Below are positions 44,152-64,000 of a stretch of 64,000 nucleotides of DNA, in pieces; position 1 is the first letter of the stretch, and each line of letters starts with the position of its first letter. The translations under genes and the position numbers were made by a program. This DNA is from Amoebidium appalachense (Eukaryota; Protista; Ichthyosporea): NCBI GenBank assembly GCA_963693365.1, contig CAVNZM010000013.1:4505314-4569313 (forward strand), read 5' to 3'. The notes under the pieces were generated by a model. It saw nothing but the letters and a program-made list of their open reading frames with translations. It had not been told where the DNA came from and ran no database searches.

Positions 44152-44461
44152 GGGGGGGGGGGAGGGGGGAAGGTGGGTAGGGACGGGGAGGGTTAATGAT
44201 TAATTACCAGCACTCAGCCCCCCTCAACCCCCCCCCCCCTCCCCTGTTCTCCTCCGTCCCCCTCCCCACCCACCCCCCCCCCCCCCCCCCCCCACCCCCC
44301 CTTCCCCTTCTCCTTCTGTCCCCACCTCCCCCCCCCCCCCCCCCCCCCCTACCCTTTATAGATGGTTCCATGTTGTCTATAATGCTTCAAATTCGTGATG
44401 TTGGTACAAATTCAAGGCTCTAAAGAATTTCGGGCTGCCTCTGTACTAAGTTGAGTCTTGA

Positions 44462-44732
<271 letters not shown>

Positions 44733-44960
44733 ACGTGCATGTGTGTTTTGTTTTCAAAGGGTATGTGATTCATTATTACATTATCAGTTCTAATTGTATG
44801 ACGTGGCTGCATGTTCATATGCATTTGATGCATATGTTTCGCTCGGGCTATGTGTGAAAACTCTCATCTTGTTACTGATATATTATATCACTCTTCTACT
44901 ACATGCAGTTTAATTAGAACATACTACAAGTGGTTTTACATGCTTAGGCCACCATAGCCC

Positions 44961-45284
44961 CTACAGGCGCAGTGCTGACTCGGACTCTGCGCGTCTGCTG
45001 CTGAAGGCATAGAAGGCTGCGCCGCCGACCAGCGCCACGCCGGCCACGGACCCAACGGCAATTCCGGCCACAGCGCCGCCACCCAGTGCACTGCTGGCTG
45101 GCAGCTCCTTGGCGCTGGCACTGCCCGCGGGGGGGAGGGCGGCAGCAGGCGCAGCCGTGGCGATGGCTGGCGGCTGGTGGATGGCCGTCTGCGCGGGCAC
45201 AAGCGCCTCCTCGACCTCAACGGACGCAGCAGCCGAACAGGACGCAGAGAGGGCGGCAAGAACGGCGATGAACTGGAGGGTCAT
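44961..45284 (-). CDS. Small type I membrane protein, copy 3, 107 aa
   Basis: Intact paralog MTLQFIAVLAALSASCSAAA...AFYAFSSRRAESESALRL. Confidence 0.8.
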   Translation of the reverse strand: MTLQFIAVLAALSASCSAAASVEVEEALVPAQTAIHQPPAIATAAPAAALPPAGSASAKELPASSALGGGAVAGIAVGSVAGVALVGGAAFYAFSSRRAESESALRL

Positions 45285-46071
45285 TTTGGTTGTTTAAGTT
45301 GATGGTGAGGCTACGTAACCTCAGAGACTGTCTTTTTGCTTTGTGTGAGACTGTTATAGGTCGGAAACTAGGCCTGCATATATAGGCATACTATTGGTGC
45401 TCCTTGAAGAAATGGCCTGAGAACGTTCAGCCTTGCCTTCAAGGCTTAAGTGTCGGTTGTGAAGCGACACACACCAGATATCAGTTTGAGTTTGTCGGAG
45501 AGACTTGATGTTGTTTATGCGATGTTGTGATGTGAATGTATATGTTCAGCTGGCCCTTTTATATCGCATTGTTTTACCGTGTGCCGAGCTCGCGAGCATG
45601 TAATTATAAAACCGGCATTTGCCAGGAGAAGCATCTAAATGGATCTACTATGGCATAATTGTTTCTTCAAAGTTGACCTGGAACAGTGGGGTTTCGAAGT
45701 GATGCACAACAATAAATAAATGCCCATAAACATTTATCAATAAAAATGCAACATTAAAAATAACAATCAACAATGTAAATTATCAGACTTGTTTTCTGGC
45801 ATTGGTGCCTCGTACATACTCAGTGGTCGATTGAACGGCAACTCGTCTATGAATCGTATTCTCCGCCTCCTATTGGCTTCTGTACCAGCCAATCGCTTAC
45901 TTTGAAATACTTTCTAGATTTCGACAACTTATCATTGGCTTTCTCGAGAGATTCGATCTCTCTATTCTTCCAATGAGTGAAGCACAATACGGCGGTTAGA
46001 TCTCCCTATCTAAATAGATCATCGGCGTGGCCACCTGCGAGTGCGCGCAGCAGCGGCCCATATGCGTGCCG

Positions 46072-46079
46072 TATAAAAG
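46072..46079 (+). promoter_or_regulatory. Candidate TATA box conserved between duplicated cassettes
   Basis: GTGCCG-TATAAAAG-CAAC is present here and at 40211-40218, ~190-235 nt upstream of the + strand paralogs. Confidence 0.5.
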
Positions 46080-46262
46080 CAACTGCACACAATTTTCCGA
46101 CTCAGTCAACAACAAAACACGAAAAGTACAAGCAACTTCATAAATACCGTGAACAGCGAGCCTGTGTTCAGTTTCTGCACCCGCACCGGTTCAAACATAC
46201 ATACATAAATACTGACGCAAACAGACACAAACGTCACACATATACGCCGGTGCACGTGGAAA

Positions 46263-46586
46263 ACGGCCCTCCAGTTCATTGCCGTTCTTGCCGCGCTCTC
46301 TGTCTCGTGTGCGGCTGCTGCGTCCGTTGAGGTCGAGGAGGCGCTAGTGCCCGCGCAGACGGCCATCCACCAGCCGCCAGCCATCGCCACAGCTGCGCCT
46401 GCTGCCGCCCTCCTCCCCGCGGGCAGTGCCAGCGCCAAGGAGCTGCCAGCCAGCAGTGCGCTGGGTGGCGGCGCTGTGGCCGGAATTGCCGTTGGGTCCG
46501 TGGCCGGCGTGGCCCTGGTCGGCGGTGTGGCCTTCTATGCCTTAAGCAGCAGGCGGGCAGAGTCGGAGTCAGCACTGCCCCTGTAG
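46263..46586 (+). CDS. Small type I membrane protein, copy 4; open 324-nt frame starting with ACG instead of ATG
   Basis: AAA ACG GCC CTC CAG TTC aligns with AAA ATG GCC CTC CAG TCC of copy 1. No internal stops and the same length. Could be a pseudogene. Confidence 0.55.
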   Translation, partial: TALQFIAVLAALSVSCAAAASVEVEEALVPAQTAIHQPPAIATAAPAAALLPAGSASAKELPASSALGGGAVAGIAVGSVAGVALVGGVAFYALSSRRAESESALPL

Positions 46587-46756
46587 GAGTTATGGTAGCC
46601 TGAACTGTTATTATTTGTAAGCGCACAATAATTCCTGTTGGAAAGTTAGATCTACGATACATAACCGGGTGGTGATATGAAGTTTTAGAACCGTTTGAAA
46701 ATTCTGGAATCAGATGTGTGACACAAACACGACCCACTGGCATAGCACATCCCGGT

Positions 46757-48090
<1,334 letters not shown>

Positions 48091-48622
48091 CTCATCATCT
48101 CTCATCCACAAGCACACACACACTCTCTCTCTCTAAACACAAATGCACACATCACGGGCGCATGTGCACACAAGGGCACACACCTCGCACACGCACTCCT
48201 GCACAAACACAAAAAACGCCTGCACACACGACACCCTAGCCCGCCCCCCCCCCCCCCTCCCCCCTCCCCCCAATCCCCCCCCCCCCCTCCTCCTCCCCTG
48301 CCCCACCTCCCCCCCCCTCCCCCCCCCCCGTCCTCCTCCTCCTCCACCCACCCACACCCTCACAATAATACTCGTGGAAGCGTTTGCACACAAAGAACAG
48401 CAAGCATATCTCCAGCTGTTTTTTTAATCTGCATTGCTCTCTCCATCCGAGGCCCACCCTATTTGTGTTTTCTTTTTCCACAGTAACCGGCTCTGGCAGG
48501 CTGAAAACACCAATAACAAATATCTATCTCTTTATAGAAGTTCTTTTAAACCACACACGGGGCAGGGCCGGATGAGGAGGGGGGAGGGATAGGGTGATGT
48601 GTTTGTGTGTGTGTGTGTGTTT

Positions 48623-48714
<92 letters not shown>

Positions 48715-49798
48715 ATGTGTGTGTGTGGAGGGGGGGGGGGGGGAGAGGGGGGGGGAGGTGGGGGGGGAGGGGGGAGGAGGATGGGGGGGGGGGGGGGGGG
48801 GGGGGGGAGGGGTTGGATAAAACGAAGACACAGTGATGTACACAGACACACACAAGGTTTAGAGGAAGTTCACAGATGGCTAAGCCTTGGCACGTCGGTT
48901 GAAGGTTTTTCAAATATTACGTCGGTTGAAGGTTTTTCAAATGTTTTTCTAATTTTTGTTTTTGTTTGTAAAGTTTTTGAAAAGCCCCGATATATCACAT
49001 TTGTGTTACTTTTCACACCGTCTAGATGGCAGCACTGCCATCCCACTGATACATACCGGCTCTACCTATATATTTACATTGGTAAAGTGATTTACGACGG
49101 TCACCGTTACACTAAACAAATACTTATCTGCAGTTTTCCCCAAATATTCCGCATTTGTAGACATATTATCTGAAAAAAACCAAAACCTCACGTAAACTCT
49201 ATAGATATATCTAATGAGGTTTCCAAAAATATCTCGAGGGTTATACTTGAACCTTCGATAGAGTGGCCACGGCAGGGGTTTGATAAACACAACCTTAAAC
49301 TTCTATGTACAGATAGACAGCAAAACAGAAAAATGAACATAGTATATCCTAATACTGAGAAAGGTTTTTACTTCATTATATATATCTCATAAACGAGCAC
49401 ATGATGATCATAGCTATCTATGCACTTCTAGGGCATGCTATTTAGCTAAATTTGGTGATGTATTACATTCACCAACGAACAAAAACGGACAATGCAAACG
49501 GTATATTGATTAAATCATACTAAAGTTTCCAAGCTGCATTGTATTAGTATATTATTTAATGTATCCGACCAATTTTGCTCATGGTATGTACCGGAATTGC
49601 AGTGTTGAGCTCCGAGAGTGTTGATGGGATATCTAAACTTAAATCTTTGAAAGTATCTACCTACGATATTACAAGGGATATGCCTAAACGTTAGAAATCT
49701 GATACACCGTCTAGCTCCAAGCAACATGCCTCCCCTCCTCCTCCCCTCCCCCTCCCCCCCCCCCCCCTCCCCCCACTACCCTCTCCCCCCTCCCTTCC

Positions 49799-49831
<33 letters not shown>

Positions 49832-49862
49832 AAGAACTCTTCCAATTATTTCCTCGAGCCTG

Positions 49863-50161
49863 TTAAGCGCCATACTTGATTGGAAAACCGGGTGGTGTAG
49901 TCCAGTTGGGCATATGGGCGGAGGTAAGCAGCCTTACGTAAGGGGGTGACCTGATTGGCTGCTGGTCACGTGGGGATAGCTCTGGTCTCTGAGTGGATGC
50001 ACGATGTGACCTGGCTCCTGCACGCCTCTGACGCTTAAACACCTATATAATATTTTTTTTAATTTAGTAAGGGGGGGGGGGGGGGGGGGTGGAGGGGGGA
50101 AGGGAGATGGGTAAAGGGGTGGGGGAAAGGGGGGGGGGGAGGCCTAGGGGAGAGGGGGGAG

Positions 50162-50196
<35 letters not shown>

Positions 50197-50581
50197 ATGA
50201 TGACCGAGTCTGAAATATGGAGAAACAGGAGCTAGAAGGTCATAACGAGGGGGGAGGAGTTGGGGGACGAGGGTGGGGGGGTTGAATGTCTGTACGATTG
50301 AAAAATTCATTTTCTATGTCCTCTTACTTTCTTCTATTTTCTTTCTTTTCTCTCTCTTCCTCTTTTTTTTTTCTTTTTTTTTGTGTGTGTGTGTTGGGGG
50401 AAGGGGGGGGGGCGAGGAGGGGGGGGAGGGGGGACCCTGTATATAAATTGGCTGTGTTTTTATCATGGGGTGTTGGTACTTCCACCAGGGTGAGGGGGGG
50501 AAGGGGAAGGGGGGGGGGGGGGGGGGGGGGGGGGGCTGGGCTGAAGGTGGCAGTTGAGCGCATGTGTGCGTGTATGTTTTT

Positions 50582-50642
<61 letters not shown>

Positions 50643-53600
50643 GGGGGGGCGGGGAGGGAGGGGGGGAGGGGGGAAAGGGGGAAGTGCTGGGTTGGTAAGT
50701 GGCTTAAAGGGAGGGACATTATGCGGATAGTGTGTATGTGTGAGCCTTTCTGGGTGGTGACACATCATTCTGCGCCGGGGTGGGGGGGGGGGGGGGGAGG
50801 GGAGGGGGGGGGGGGGGGGGGGAGAGGGGGGGGGGGGGGGGGGAGGGGGGGGGGGTCTATGTACCTGTGTGTTTCGTTTGAGGCTGAGGGGTCGTGGTCT
50901 GGAGTGCACCCTCTGGTAAAGGGCACAGGCATTGCACAGCTTGCTGCCGTCAGGACGGGTGCGCCAGATGGACGTGGCGCTGGTCTGTGGCCAATGGGTG
51001 GAAATTGTTAAAATTTAAATTATGTTTGGTATGGAGTGTAGGGAAGAGCGGAAGGTGGGGGGAGGGGGGGGGGGGGGTGGAGGGAAGATGTTATGGCATG
51101 AAGTAGTCTTGCATAGGATAGATAAAGGACATGCGCAAGGAGGTGGGGGGAGGGGGAGAGGGGAGAAGCGAGGAAGGGGCCCCCTCGGGTTTTGGAGGGA
51201 GGGGGGGGGGGGGGGGGGAGGGAAGCGATTGAGAAGTTAGGTGGTGATTTTGGGTTAGAGAAGAACATAATGGTTTCCCAAGTTTGTCGGGGTATAGAGT
51301 ATGAGGAAGCCTTTTTGGGGACGAGGGAAGGGATGGGGGGTGGGGTGGGAGGGGGAGGGGGGGAAGGAGGAGACGCCAGGGGAGAAAGCAGTGAGGGGGG
51401 TGAGGGGGGAGGTACAGGCAACCAGTACAAAGTAAGTCAACACAGCAATTTACATTATGTGTGGAAGGGAGAGGACGAGTGGGAAAAGGGGGGGGGGGGG
51501 GAGGGAGGGACGGGGGGAGGGGGGGGGGGGGGGGGGAGAAGGGGGATGTCTTTCTGAATCAAACGAACTCAAATTTGATCGTAAGGTGGTGATGTGTAAG
51601 TGCTTCAATAATAAACAAAGGTCTGTCTGGGCTGGGGGAGGGCGGGGGGGGGGGGGGGGGGGGGGAGGGGGGGGAGGGAAGAGGGGGGGTTCAATATATC
51701 CGACCTTGCAATTTGAGCATCTGAGGGGGCTGTTCATCTCCTCCTCTGCTGAAATTACAGGCCGGGGGACACCATGAGTGCGCAGGTAGGTGCCACAGGC
51801 ATTGCACAGTGACTCATTGCTTGCACCACGACGCCACATGGTGGTGTTGGTGCACTGTGTGTATGTGTGTGTGTTGGGGGGGGGGGGGGGGGGGGGAGAG
51901 ATATTGGTGGGGGGGTGGAGGGAGAGAGATTGGTGGATGGTTGGGGGGGTGGGGGGTGGGATGTGTGTGTGGGGGGGTGTGTATGGTTGGAGGGGGAGAA
52001 GGGGGGGGGGGGGGGGGATGGGCCATGGGTGAGTGTGTCTGGTTATGGAGGGAGGTGTGTGGCTGTTCGTGCATGTGTTTGTGGCAGGGGGGGGAGGGGG
52101 AGGGGGGAGAAAAGGGGTAGTTGGATGTGTTAAGGCACAAGGGAGGAAAAAAGAATGCTTAAAGTCCAGCCGATTGTATAAGTGGATGAATGGACTGAAC
52201 GTTTAAAAGGGCAAAGAGTAGAGGAGGAATAAGGGAAGGTGGAGAGCCTGAAAACGGGTGGGGGGGAGGACGGGGAGGGAGGGGGGGGGGGGGGGGGGGG
52301 GAAGGGGGAAAAGTTGAGGTAACAAGTAACATGGTCCCAATATAACCCCCCACCACTTCCTCCCCCCAACCCACCCCCTTCCCCCCAACACACACAAGCC
52401 TTTGCACAATTCTCCTCCATCGGACCAAAATCCAAACATTTTCTATTACATTCTTGTTGCAAAATACAATCCCTGTAAATGAGATAAAATCGTCTTGCAT
52501 GTTTCTGAGGACGACATCCTACCACCAGGTCAAATTCAAAGAATATGTCTCCCCCCCTTTCCCCCTCCCCCCTCTCCTCCCCCCCCCCCCCCCACCTCCC
52601 CCGCCAATCCCCTTTCCTCCCCCTCTTCCCTTTCTTTCTTTCTTTCTTTTTTTTTTTCTTTTTTTTCCCCCCCTTTTCCCTAAATTTTGTCCTACACCGG
52701 CATTTTTCGGTCGCTACAAATCGCTACATGCAAAACAGACATAAACCTTTCTTTAGGAAATAAAGCATGGTGATGGGCAGCGAGACTTCGCCCGATTGTG
52801 TGTGTGTATGTGTGTGTGGGGGGGGGGGGGGGGGGGAGGGGGGAGGGGGAGGGGAGAGGGGGATGAGGGGGAGAGGTCGGGGGGGGGGGGGGGGGGGAGG
52901 ATTGGGGGGGGGAGGGGGAGGGGGGGAGGGGCAGTAGGAAGGAAAAGGGTGCTGAGACACGCACGGGGAGGGGAGGGGAGGGGGGGAGGGGGGAGGGGGG
53001 GGAGGGGAAAGGGGAGAGGTTGACGGGTGATACCTTACAGTTGTCGCAGTGCCGTTTTGGTTTGGTCTGTGTCTGCTCACCAGACACCTTCTCATTTTTA
53101 CTGCTTTTTGAACCCGAAAACTCCTTTTTCGCAGTCTGAGAGTGTAGTTTCTCTGGTTTTCCCTGGTTGGAGTAATCCGTGATTTTCATTTCCACCTCTC
53201 CGGTCCCACCCGCCTGCTTAACATTGTCGGACATGGTATTTACAAACGTGGGCTTTGAAGCAGAATTTGTATTCAACTGCCCCAAAAAGGGAATCGGTGT
53301 AATCGCAGGAACCGACCGCGATCTGCCCATTTTCATTGGGCCGCCGTACTCTGGGAGGCGTGCCGTCGACGTTGGCGGGAAAGTGGGAAAGGGGTCCGCC
53401 CGCAAAACACGTGCATAAGGGAGGGATGGACCCAGGCCCAACTGTTCCCGAATGTTTTCTTCGTTAATTCCGTTGATTCCATTGGCCCGTTGCTGAAGAA
53501 ACTGACCAATCCCAGGGAGGGACGGTGCCGACATGGATCTCCGATGGAGCGTGTTTTGCGCAAAATGCCTAATCGGACCGATTACGGGTGGGTCGGGGCG

Positions 53601-55124
53601 ATCGGTGGGCGTGATGTCAGGCGGTGAGTCTGAAGACGCTAGAAGCTCCGAGAAGAACTTGCCACGTGCGTTTTGATTGGCGAAGAAATTGTCCACGCTT
53701 GCCATATTTGGAAGTTGATTTGCCACGTTCCGGGGTGGGGCTGGCCAGGGGCTATCATCCGGAAGCCAAATATCGTTCTCGGGAATGTTCGGAAAATACG
53801 CATTCTGCTGCCCTGTCATCACTGGAAATACAGTGGAGTTTGGGAAATTTGAAGAGAAGGAGGTTGTTGCCCTCGTATTCACCTCGAAAGGGGGGATTCT
53901 CGTGCTTTGCAAGCCCAGATTTAAGGGCCGGCTAGGGTAATTGGGTTGCATGTCAATTTCATCTTGGTGGTCCTCCAACTGCCGCAGTTGCTGTTCGCTC
54001 AATTTCTGCAGTAGGAGGGGGCTTATGCTCGTTTGCGCAAATCGAGGCATGCCAAATGCGGGTGGATGGGGGGACGTATTTGTCATCGGACGGGAAGCGG
54101 TGGCGCCGGACTGAGTGAAAAACCCCAAAATTTCCGAATTTGGGGTCGGGGTGGTAACCATAGGCGTGGGTGTTCCAGACGTTGTGTTCATGGCAAATTC
54201 GTAATCCGTAACAGAAATTGCCGGAGTTTCCATGGGTTGTGGGGACTTCTCATCACCGGCACGGAAGATTTCACCGGAGGGGAAACTATTGTTTTCCGGA
54301 TCCAGTGACCGAGTGATGAAGGAAGGGAAAATGACCTGTTCCGTTACACTGATTCCGTTTTCCGTAAAGCTCATGTCCACCTCATTGCCACCGCTCTCCG
54401 ATGTGGTGCTTGAAAATACCGTATTCACAGATGCCCGCGGCCCCGGTGTTTGAATCACAAGAACCCCCTTTGCAAATTCGGCGTGGGAGGGTTCAATATC
54501 TCTCTCTGTCTCCACAAAGTTCTGCAAAATCTGCGGCTTCACATCAGTTGTAACCTCCACGCCAGGATCAATTTTCACAACAGGAAACGATGGTTCGTTT
54601 GTTGTTGCATCTCCGTTGATATTTTCGTAGCCGCCCGCGCGGTGTTTCGTGGCCACGCTCTCTTGCCGCGGAGGTGTGGTAACATCCCTACTTTCCGCGC
54701 TCTGAGGCTCCCCTACCACCCCACTGTCCCTGCCTGCTTGGCCTAGAGGGGACCCACCCAAAGCGTGTTGTCTGCTGGTGCCATTTGGTGTTGAATACGA
54801 ATCCTCGGTGCCCATTTCCTCCCTGCTGCCCATGCGTTGTTGGTTGTCGGGCAAATACGCACACTTCTGAATGACGTTACCACCCATGCTCAAGGAGGAA
54901 GGGGTTTCAGAGGGGTGCAAGTTTTCCGTTTTTTCGTTTTCCGGATCCTGTTGCATTTCCAACTGTTGTGCATATGCATTGACCAAGTCGAGCAACTCCT
55001 GTGTGTTTAACCATGTAAGCTCCTCGGTCCCATCACTCCCACTACTTCTACTGTCCCCTCTCGAAACATTTTGCCGTGTGGGCTGAAACTCTGTGTCAGA
55101 GGCTTTACCTTCCATCTTGCTCAT
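49863..55124 (-). CDS. GATA transcription factor with two CX2CX17CX2C fingers, 4 exons, 846 aa
   Basis: Exons 55124-53034, 51854-51705, 50984-50865, 50042-49863, all phase 0 and GT-AG. Fingers CDNCKCTNTTMWRRGASNESLCNAC and CSNCKTSATSIWRTRPDGSKLCNAC, followed by RPLSLKRNTQVFKRQRR. Confidence 0.92.
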
Positions 55125-57073
55125 CTTTCAATGCTAAAAAGAGAGCGCTGCAAAAACCTAAGGCTCTAAACGTTACATATGTCAAGCGCAAGAATCAAGA
55201 GTCTATCTGCGCGTGTCAGTAATTTTTCACACAAAATGACACTGTGCCTTGGAGATGGCGGTGTGCATTTTATACCCTGCTCGGCCGTGCGCCGATCACG
55301 AGGGCACCAGTCCTTCAACTTGATGGCACTTTAATAACGTGATCTGTGCTCAATGGAACCTTGAGGTTGAAATGCCTGAGTCATGACATTTCTCTGACGT
55401 CACGTGAATCACACAAAATGAAACAAAAGCAATGTAATGTTTTCAGTATTAGACAGCATCATTATTAATACACATACGTTTGACAGGTATATATATCAAC
55501 CAAAGTTGACGTTGTTTCTGCTATTTACATAGGAATCTGTTTGGCGAATGCATCAAAGAGCATCGAACGTCGCAGGGCTTTGGGCTTGCCCAATGATTGG
55601 CGTTTTCTCTGAACCAATCATGTTTTAGTCGGATAGGAATGTCTTTGCCATTGCTGTGCAGACTGAAGCATTCAAGTGGGAACGGCATGAGAAAGAGTCA
55701 TATTACATTAAAAAAACGCGCTTTCATACCAACTTTCAAAATTCTACCGACAAATAAACTGATTATTCAACATTTTTCTGGACGTTATAAATGATTTTGC
55801 GTGCATCTATTACAACATTTGTGCAAAGGAGTTAGCGGTTTGTACTACAGAAGGCCGCACAATGCGCCATCCGACTCCTACAAGGTACATTCCACAAAAG
55901 ATCTTGAATGCGAACCTGTTTATAGATAGGATGTTAACGAGCCAATCGAAATAGCATATCTAAGATCCTTTGAAGCGAGTGGTACTTCTATGGCCAATGA
56001 ATGCATCTCGTAGATCCTGTCACCGCGGCGGCAGGCTTGACCGTCACGCATGATGATGGTGGTATTTGTCCTTAAAGCCAAACGGGGGTTTTTTTAATCT
56101 GATTTCGTCCAAAAGCACATAAGCTTATGACATCAATATATTTCCTGTGACAATGAATGAAAAGCAGCCTTTCAACAGACTGAAAATGTGAGAGAAAAGA
56201 ATAGATGCTTCGAACAGAGCTCTCGCGAGAAGAAGGTACGGGTGCGTCTAGGGTGTACCGCACATCCGATACGTTCGGGCACGTGTAAGAGTGGCACCCG
56301 TGCTCCATATAGGGATTGCTACTCGTGATTCAGAAAGAATATATAGGGAAGCATATTATTGTATAGAAAACACCTAACAGGCGATTAACTGTCGACCAGA
56401 ATTCACTGGGCAGCTCAAACCGCTTCCAAATATCATTGGGTAGACTGGGAGGTAATGCTTTTATATGCATGCATGCAATCAACATACAGCTCTCGGTCAT
56501 TATGTGTCTAGAAGCGAAGCCTTTGAAGTGTTGATGTGACGCACGCCTGATTCCCATATCGTCCTTTCGAGAATGCTAAACTGTGTGACAGCTGATGCAC
56601 CCTGCCATTAGTACTGGAGATAGATAACAGGATTCGATAACGCTCTAGAACAGTCCATATATGCATGTTGACTCGTCGTCCCGGATATTCCCAGCTGGCG
56701 ACATCTGATTCATACCAGACACCAACTTCGAATTCAGCGGTTTTGAAAAGTGTTCACGTGCATAGATGTGTGAAACGGAAAACTTGAGGCGGCCATTGGT
56801 TGCCATACTAGTGAATCATGAACAGTTGCTCAGTTGCACGGCATCATTGAAATGAGCGCCATGATTATTTATATTATAGCACGGGCAGTCGTGATTATGA
56901 GTCCCTGGCCGCGTGGATGCCATGCTTTTGTGCATGCATGCAGCAGTACGTATACCACAAACTTTCTAAATGTGCACGTCTGACCCACCAATGCTGTGTA
57001 CATATATACATCCCTAACGTATATATTATCGATCCATGCAGGCGTATATACGTTGTGTGTGCGTGTGCGTGTG

Positions 57074-57179
<106 letters not shown>

Positions 57180-57253
57180 CGTGTGTGTGTGTGTGTGTGT
57201 GTGTGCATGTGTGTGTGTGTGTCTGTGTGTGTCTGTGTGTGTGTGCGTGTGTG

Positions 57254-57335
<82 letters not shown>

Positions 57336-57961
57336 GTGTGTGTGTGTGTGTTGCGGCATGCAAAAATGTGCGGTGTACATGTCTGACGCTGTTTGCAAAT
57401 GTAAACTATGTGAATTCGAGATTACCAGACATCGATGACTTTAATGAGATATAGCTATAGGCACACATTTCCTCTACTATTTGACTCTTGGTGTTAACAT
57501 GTTTGTAGAGCTGGAGCTGTGCATGTTTGTTTTGAAATGGGGGTAAGCAGGGGGAGAGATCTCTAAGACAGAGAAACGGAGGGTGCATGCTCCGAGAGAG
57601 AGAGAGAGCAAGAGGGAAACGGAGAGAAAGAGGGAGGGAGGGAGCGGGAGGAAGGAGGGATGGAATAAGGGAGGGAGGGAGGGAGGGAGGGGGGAGGGAG
57701 GAGGAGGGTCCCGGAGAGGTAGGGAGGGTGTGAGGGAGGGAGGGGCAGGAGGGGGAGAGGGAGGGAGGGAGGGAGGGAGGGAGGGAGGGGAGGGGGAAGA
57801 GAGTGTGTGTCACTGTCGCGCACGCATGCGCGCACGCGCGAGTGTGTGTTTGTGTGTGTTTGTGTGCGTGTGCGTGCTAGCAACTGTGGGTGCCTGCATG
57901 CGCACATGGTGTGTGCATGCGTGTGTGTGTGTGTGTGTGTGTGTTTGTCGAGGCAGGGGCT

Positions 57962-57998
<37 letters not shown>

Positions 57999-58465
57999 GG
58001 GGGGGGGCAGGAGGGGGGGGGAATGCATTGAACGAATGATGGGCGGTTTCGCAGTGAATGTCTCGAATGCAGCATGACCCACAAAGCCCAAGTACTTGAA
58101 AGCTGCAAACTTGGAAAAAGCGCCGGCGCCTCAGATCTTTTGATTCTCTCTCCTTTGCTCCATTAGTTTACACTCTTTAAAACGCCAACTTATTGATCAG
58201 CAAAACAGTCCACAATCATCCCAACATTGCCCTAATCAGTTTATGTGTACACGTGTCAACAAAAAAACCATCTCTACATAGGTACACACATGCATATATA
58301 CATGCACAATAAATATGTGCATACAAACACACTCAAACATCTTCATACATGCTATACGGGTTTTATTTGTGGAAATTATTGACATAAATATTTTTCTGGG
58401 TAAACACGTAGGATGGGTGTTCGATACCAACATAACCATGTAGGCTTCATTTCGTGTTTTAGCAG

Positions 58466-63195
<4,730 letters not shown>

Positions 63196-63288
63196 CTACA
63201 GAGTCAAATTATGCAGCAAACCAGCTTTAGATCATGCTACTATCATTACCTCCCCTTCTCCTCCCCCTCCCCCCTCCCCCCTCCCCCC

Positions 63289-63329
<41 letters not shown>

Positions 63330-64000
63330 AAAAAAAAAAAACCCACCACGCCACCACCAGCACACTTACACAAACCAACAACTACAAAACAGATTAAGGA
63401 ACAACAACGTAAAGACATCCAAAAAGCCAAGCTTTGCACACACAATATGGCAAAAGCGACGTCCTACATACTTCACGCTCTCAACCACTCTAGTGCCATT
63501 GTCCCAAACTCAAAGTGCCCCCTTCCAAAATTAAATCATGCCCCCCCCCCCCCCCCCCCCCTTCCCCCCTCCCACACACACCTTTCCCTCTCTCTCCGCG
63601 CCCCCTCCCCCCCCCCCCCCCCTTCCCACCCCTCCCCACTCTTTCCCCCCCCCCCCCTCCCCCCCCTTTTTAAAAAAAAAAAAAAAAAAAAAAAGGCCCG
63701 TTTCCTCCCACCATCCCCTCCCACTACCACATATTGGACCCAAACCAGTCTCATGCAATCCCAGCTACGAATAAGCCAAATCAGATAGCCGGGGTTGTTC
63801 GTGAGGGGTGTGTGTGAGTGTACCGGGGAGTGGAAGGCGGGGGCGGGGGTAGGGAGGAGGGCAGGGGAGAGGGGGGAGGGGAGGGGAGGGGGGGGGGGGG
63901 GGGAGGAAGGGAGGGAGGGAGGGAGGGAGGGAGGGAGGGAGGGGGGAGGGAGGGAGGGAGGGAGGGAGGGAGGGAGGGAGGGAGGGAGGGAGGGAGGGAG

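Noticed and set aside
55600-56900. Unique-sequence block with short ORFs (also 26900-28300, 43100-44050 and 49000-49720)
   Set aside because: No recognisable domain or consistent exon chain; left unannotated.

Overview
Eukaryotic, intron-rich genomic DNA saturated with (CA)n/(CT)n microsatellites and poly-C/G runs, so almost all long ORFs in the track are low-complexity artefacts. Splicing by hand recovers four multi-exon genes: an OCA6/Siw14-family phosphatase-like gene (-, 1708-10750), a head-to-head PLP-dependent Cys/Met trans-sulfuration enzyme (+, 13289-23015, 12 exons), a two-finger GATA factor (-, 49863-55124) and a 5'-incomplete 3xCCCH protein (-, ~58.5-63.2 kb). The window also holds an intronless 3-TM PQ-loop protein with an extra C-terminal domain (+, 24633-25421), a 9.7-kb 5'-truncated RT+RNase H LINE with a 16-bp TSD and ~4 kb of in-frame Q/P-rich tandem repeats, four copies of a 107-aa type I membrane protein gene in two divergent pairs, and several MITEs. 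The most unusual signal is a family of at least 8 intronic, poly-C-associated repeats that appear to carry all three hammerhead-ribozyme core strands in a non-canonical order (neither type I, II nor III), with compensatory base changes between copies. All family assignments are from motif recall, not database searches. An opisthokont-like protist host is only an inference from gene content.
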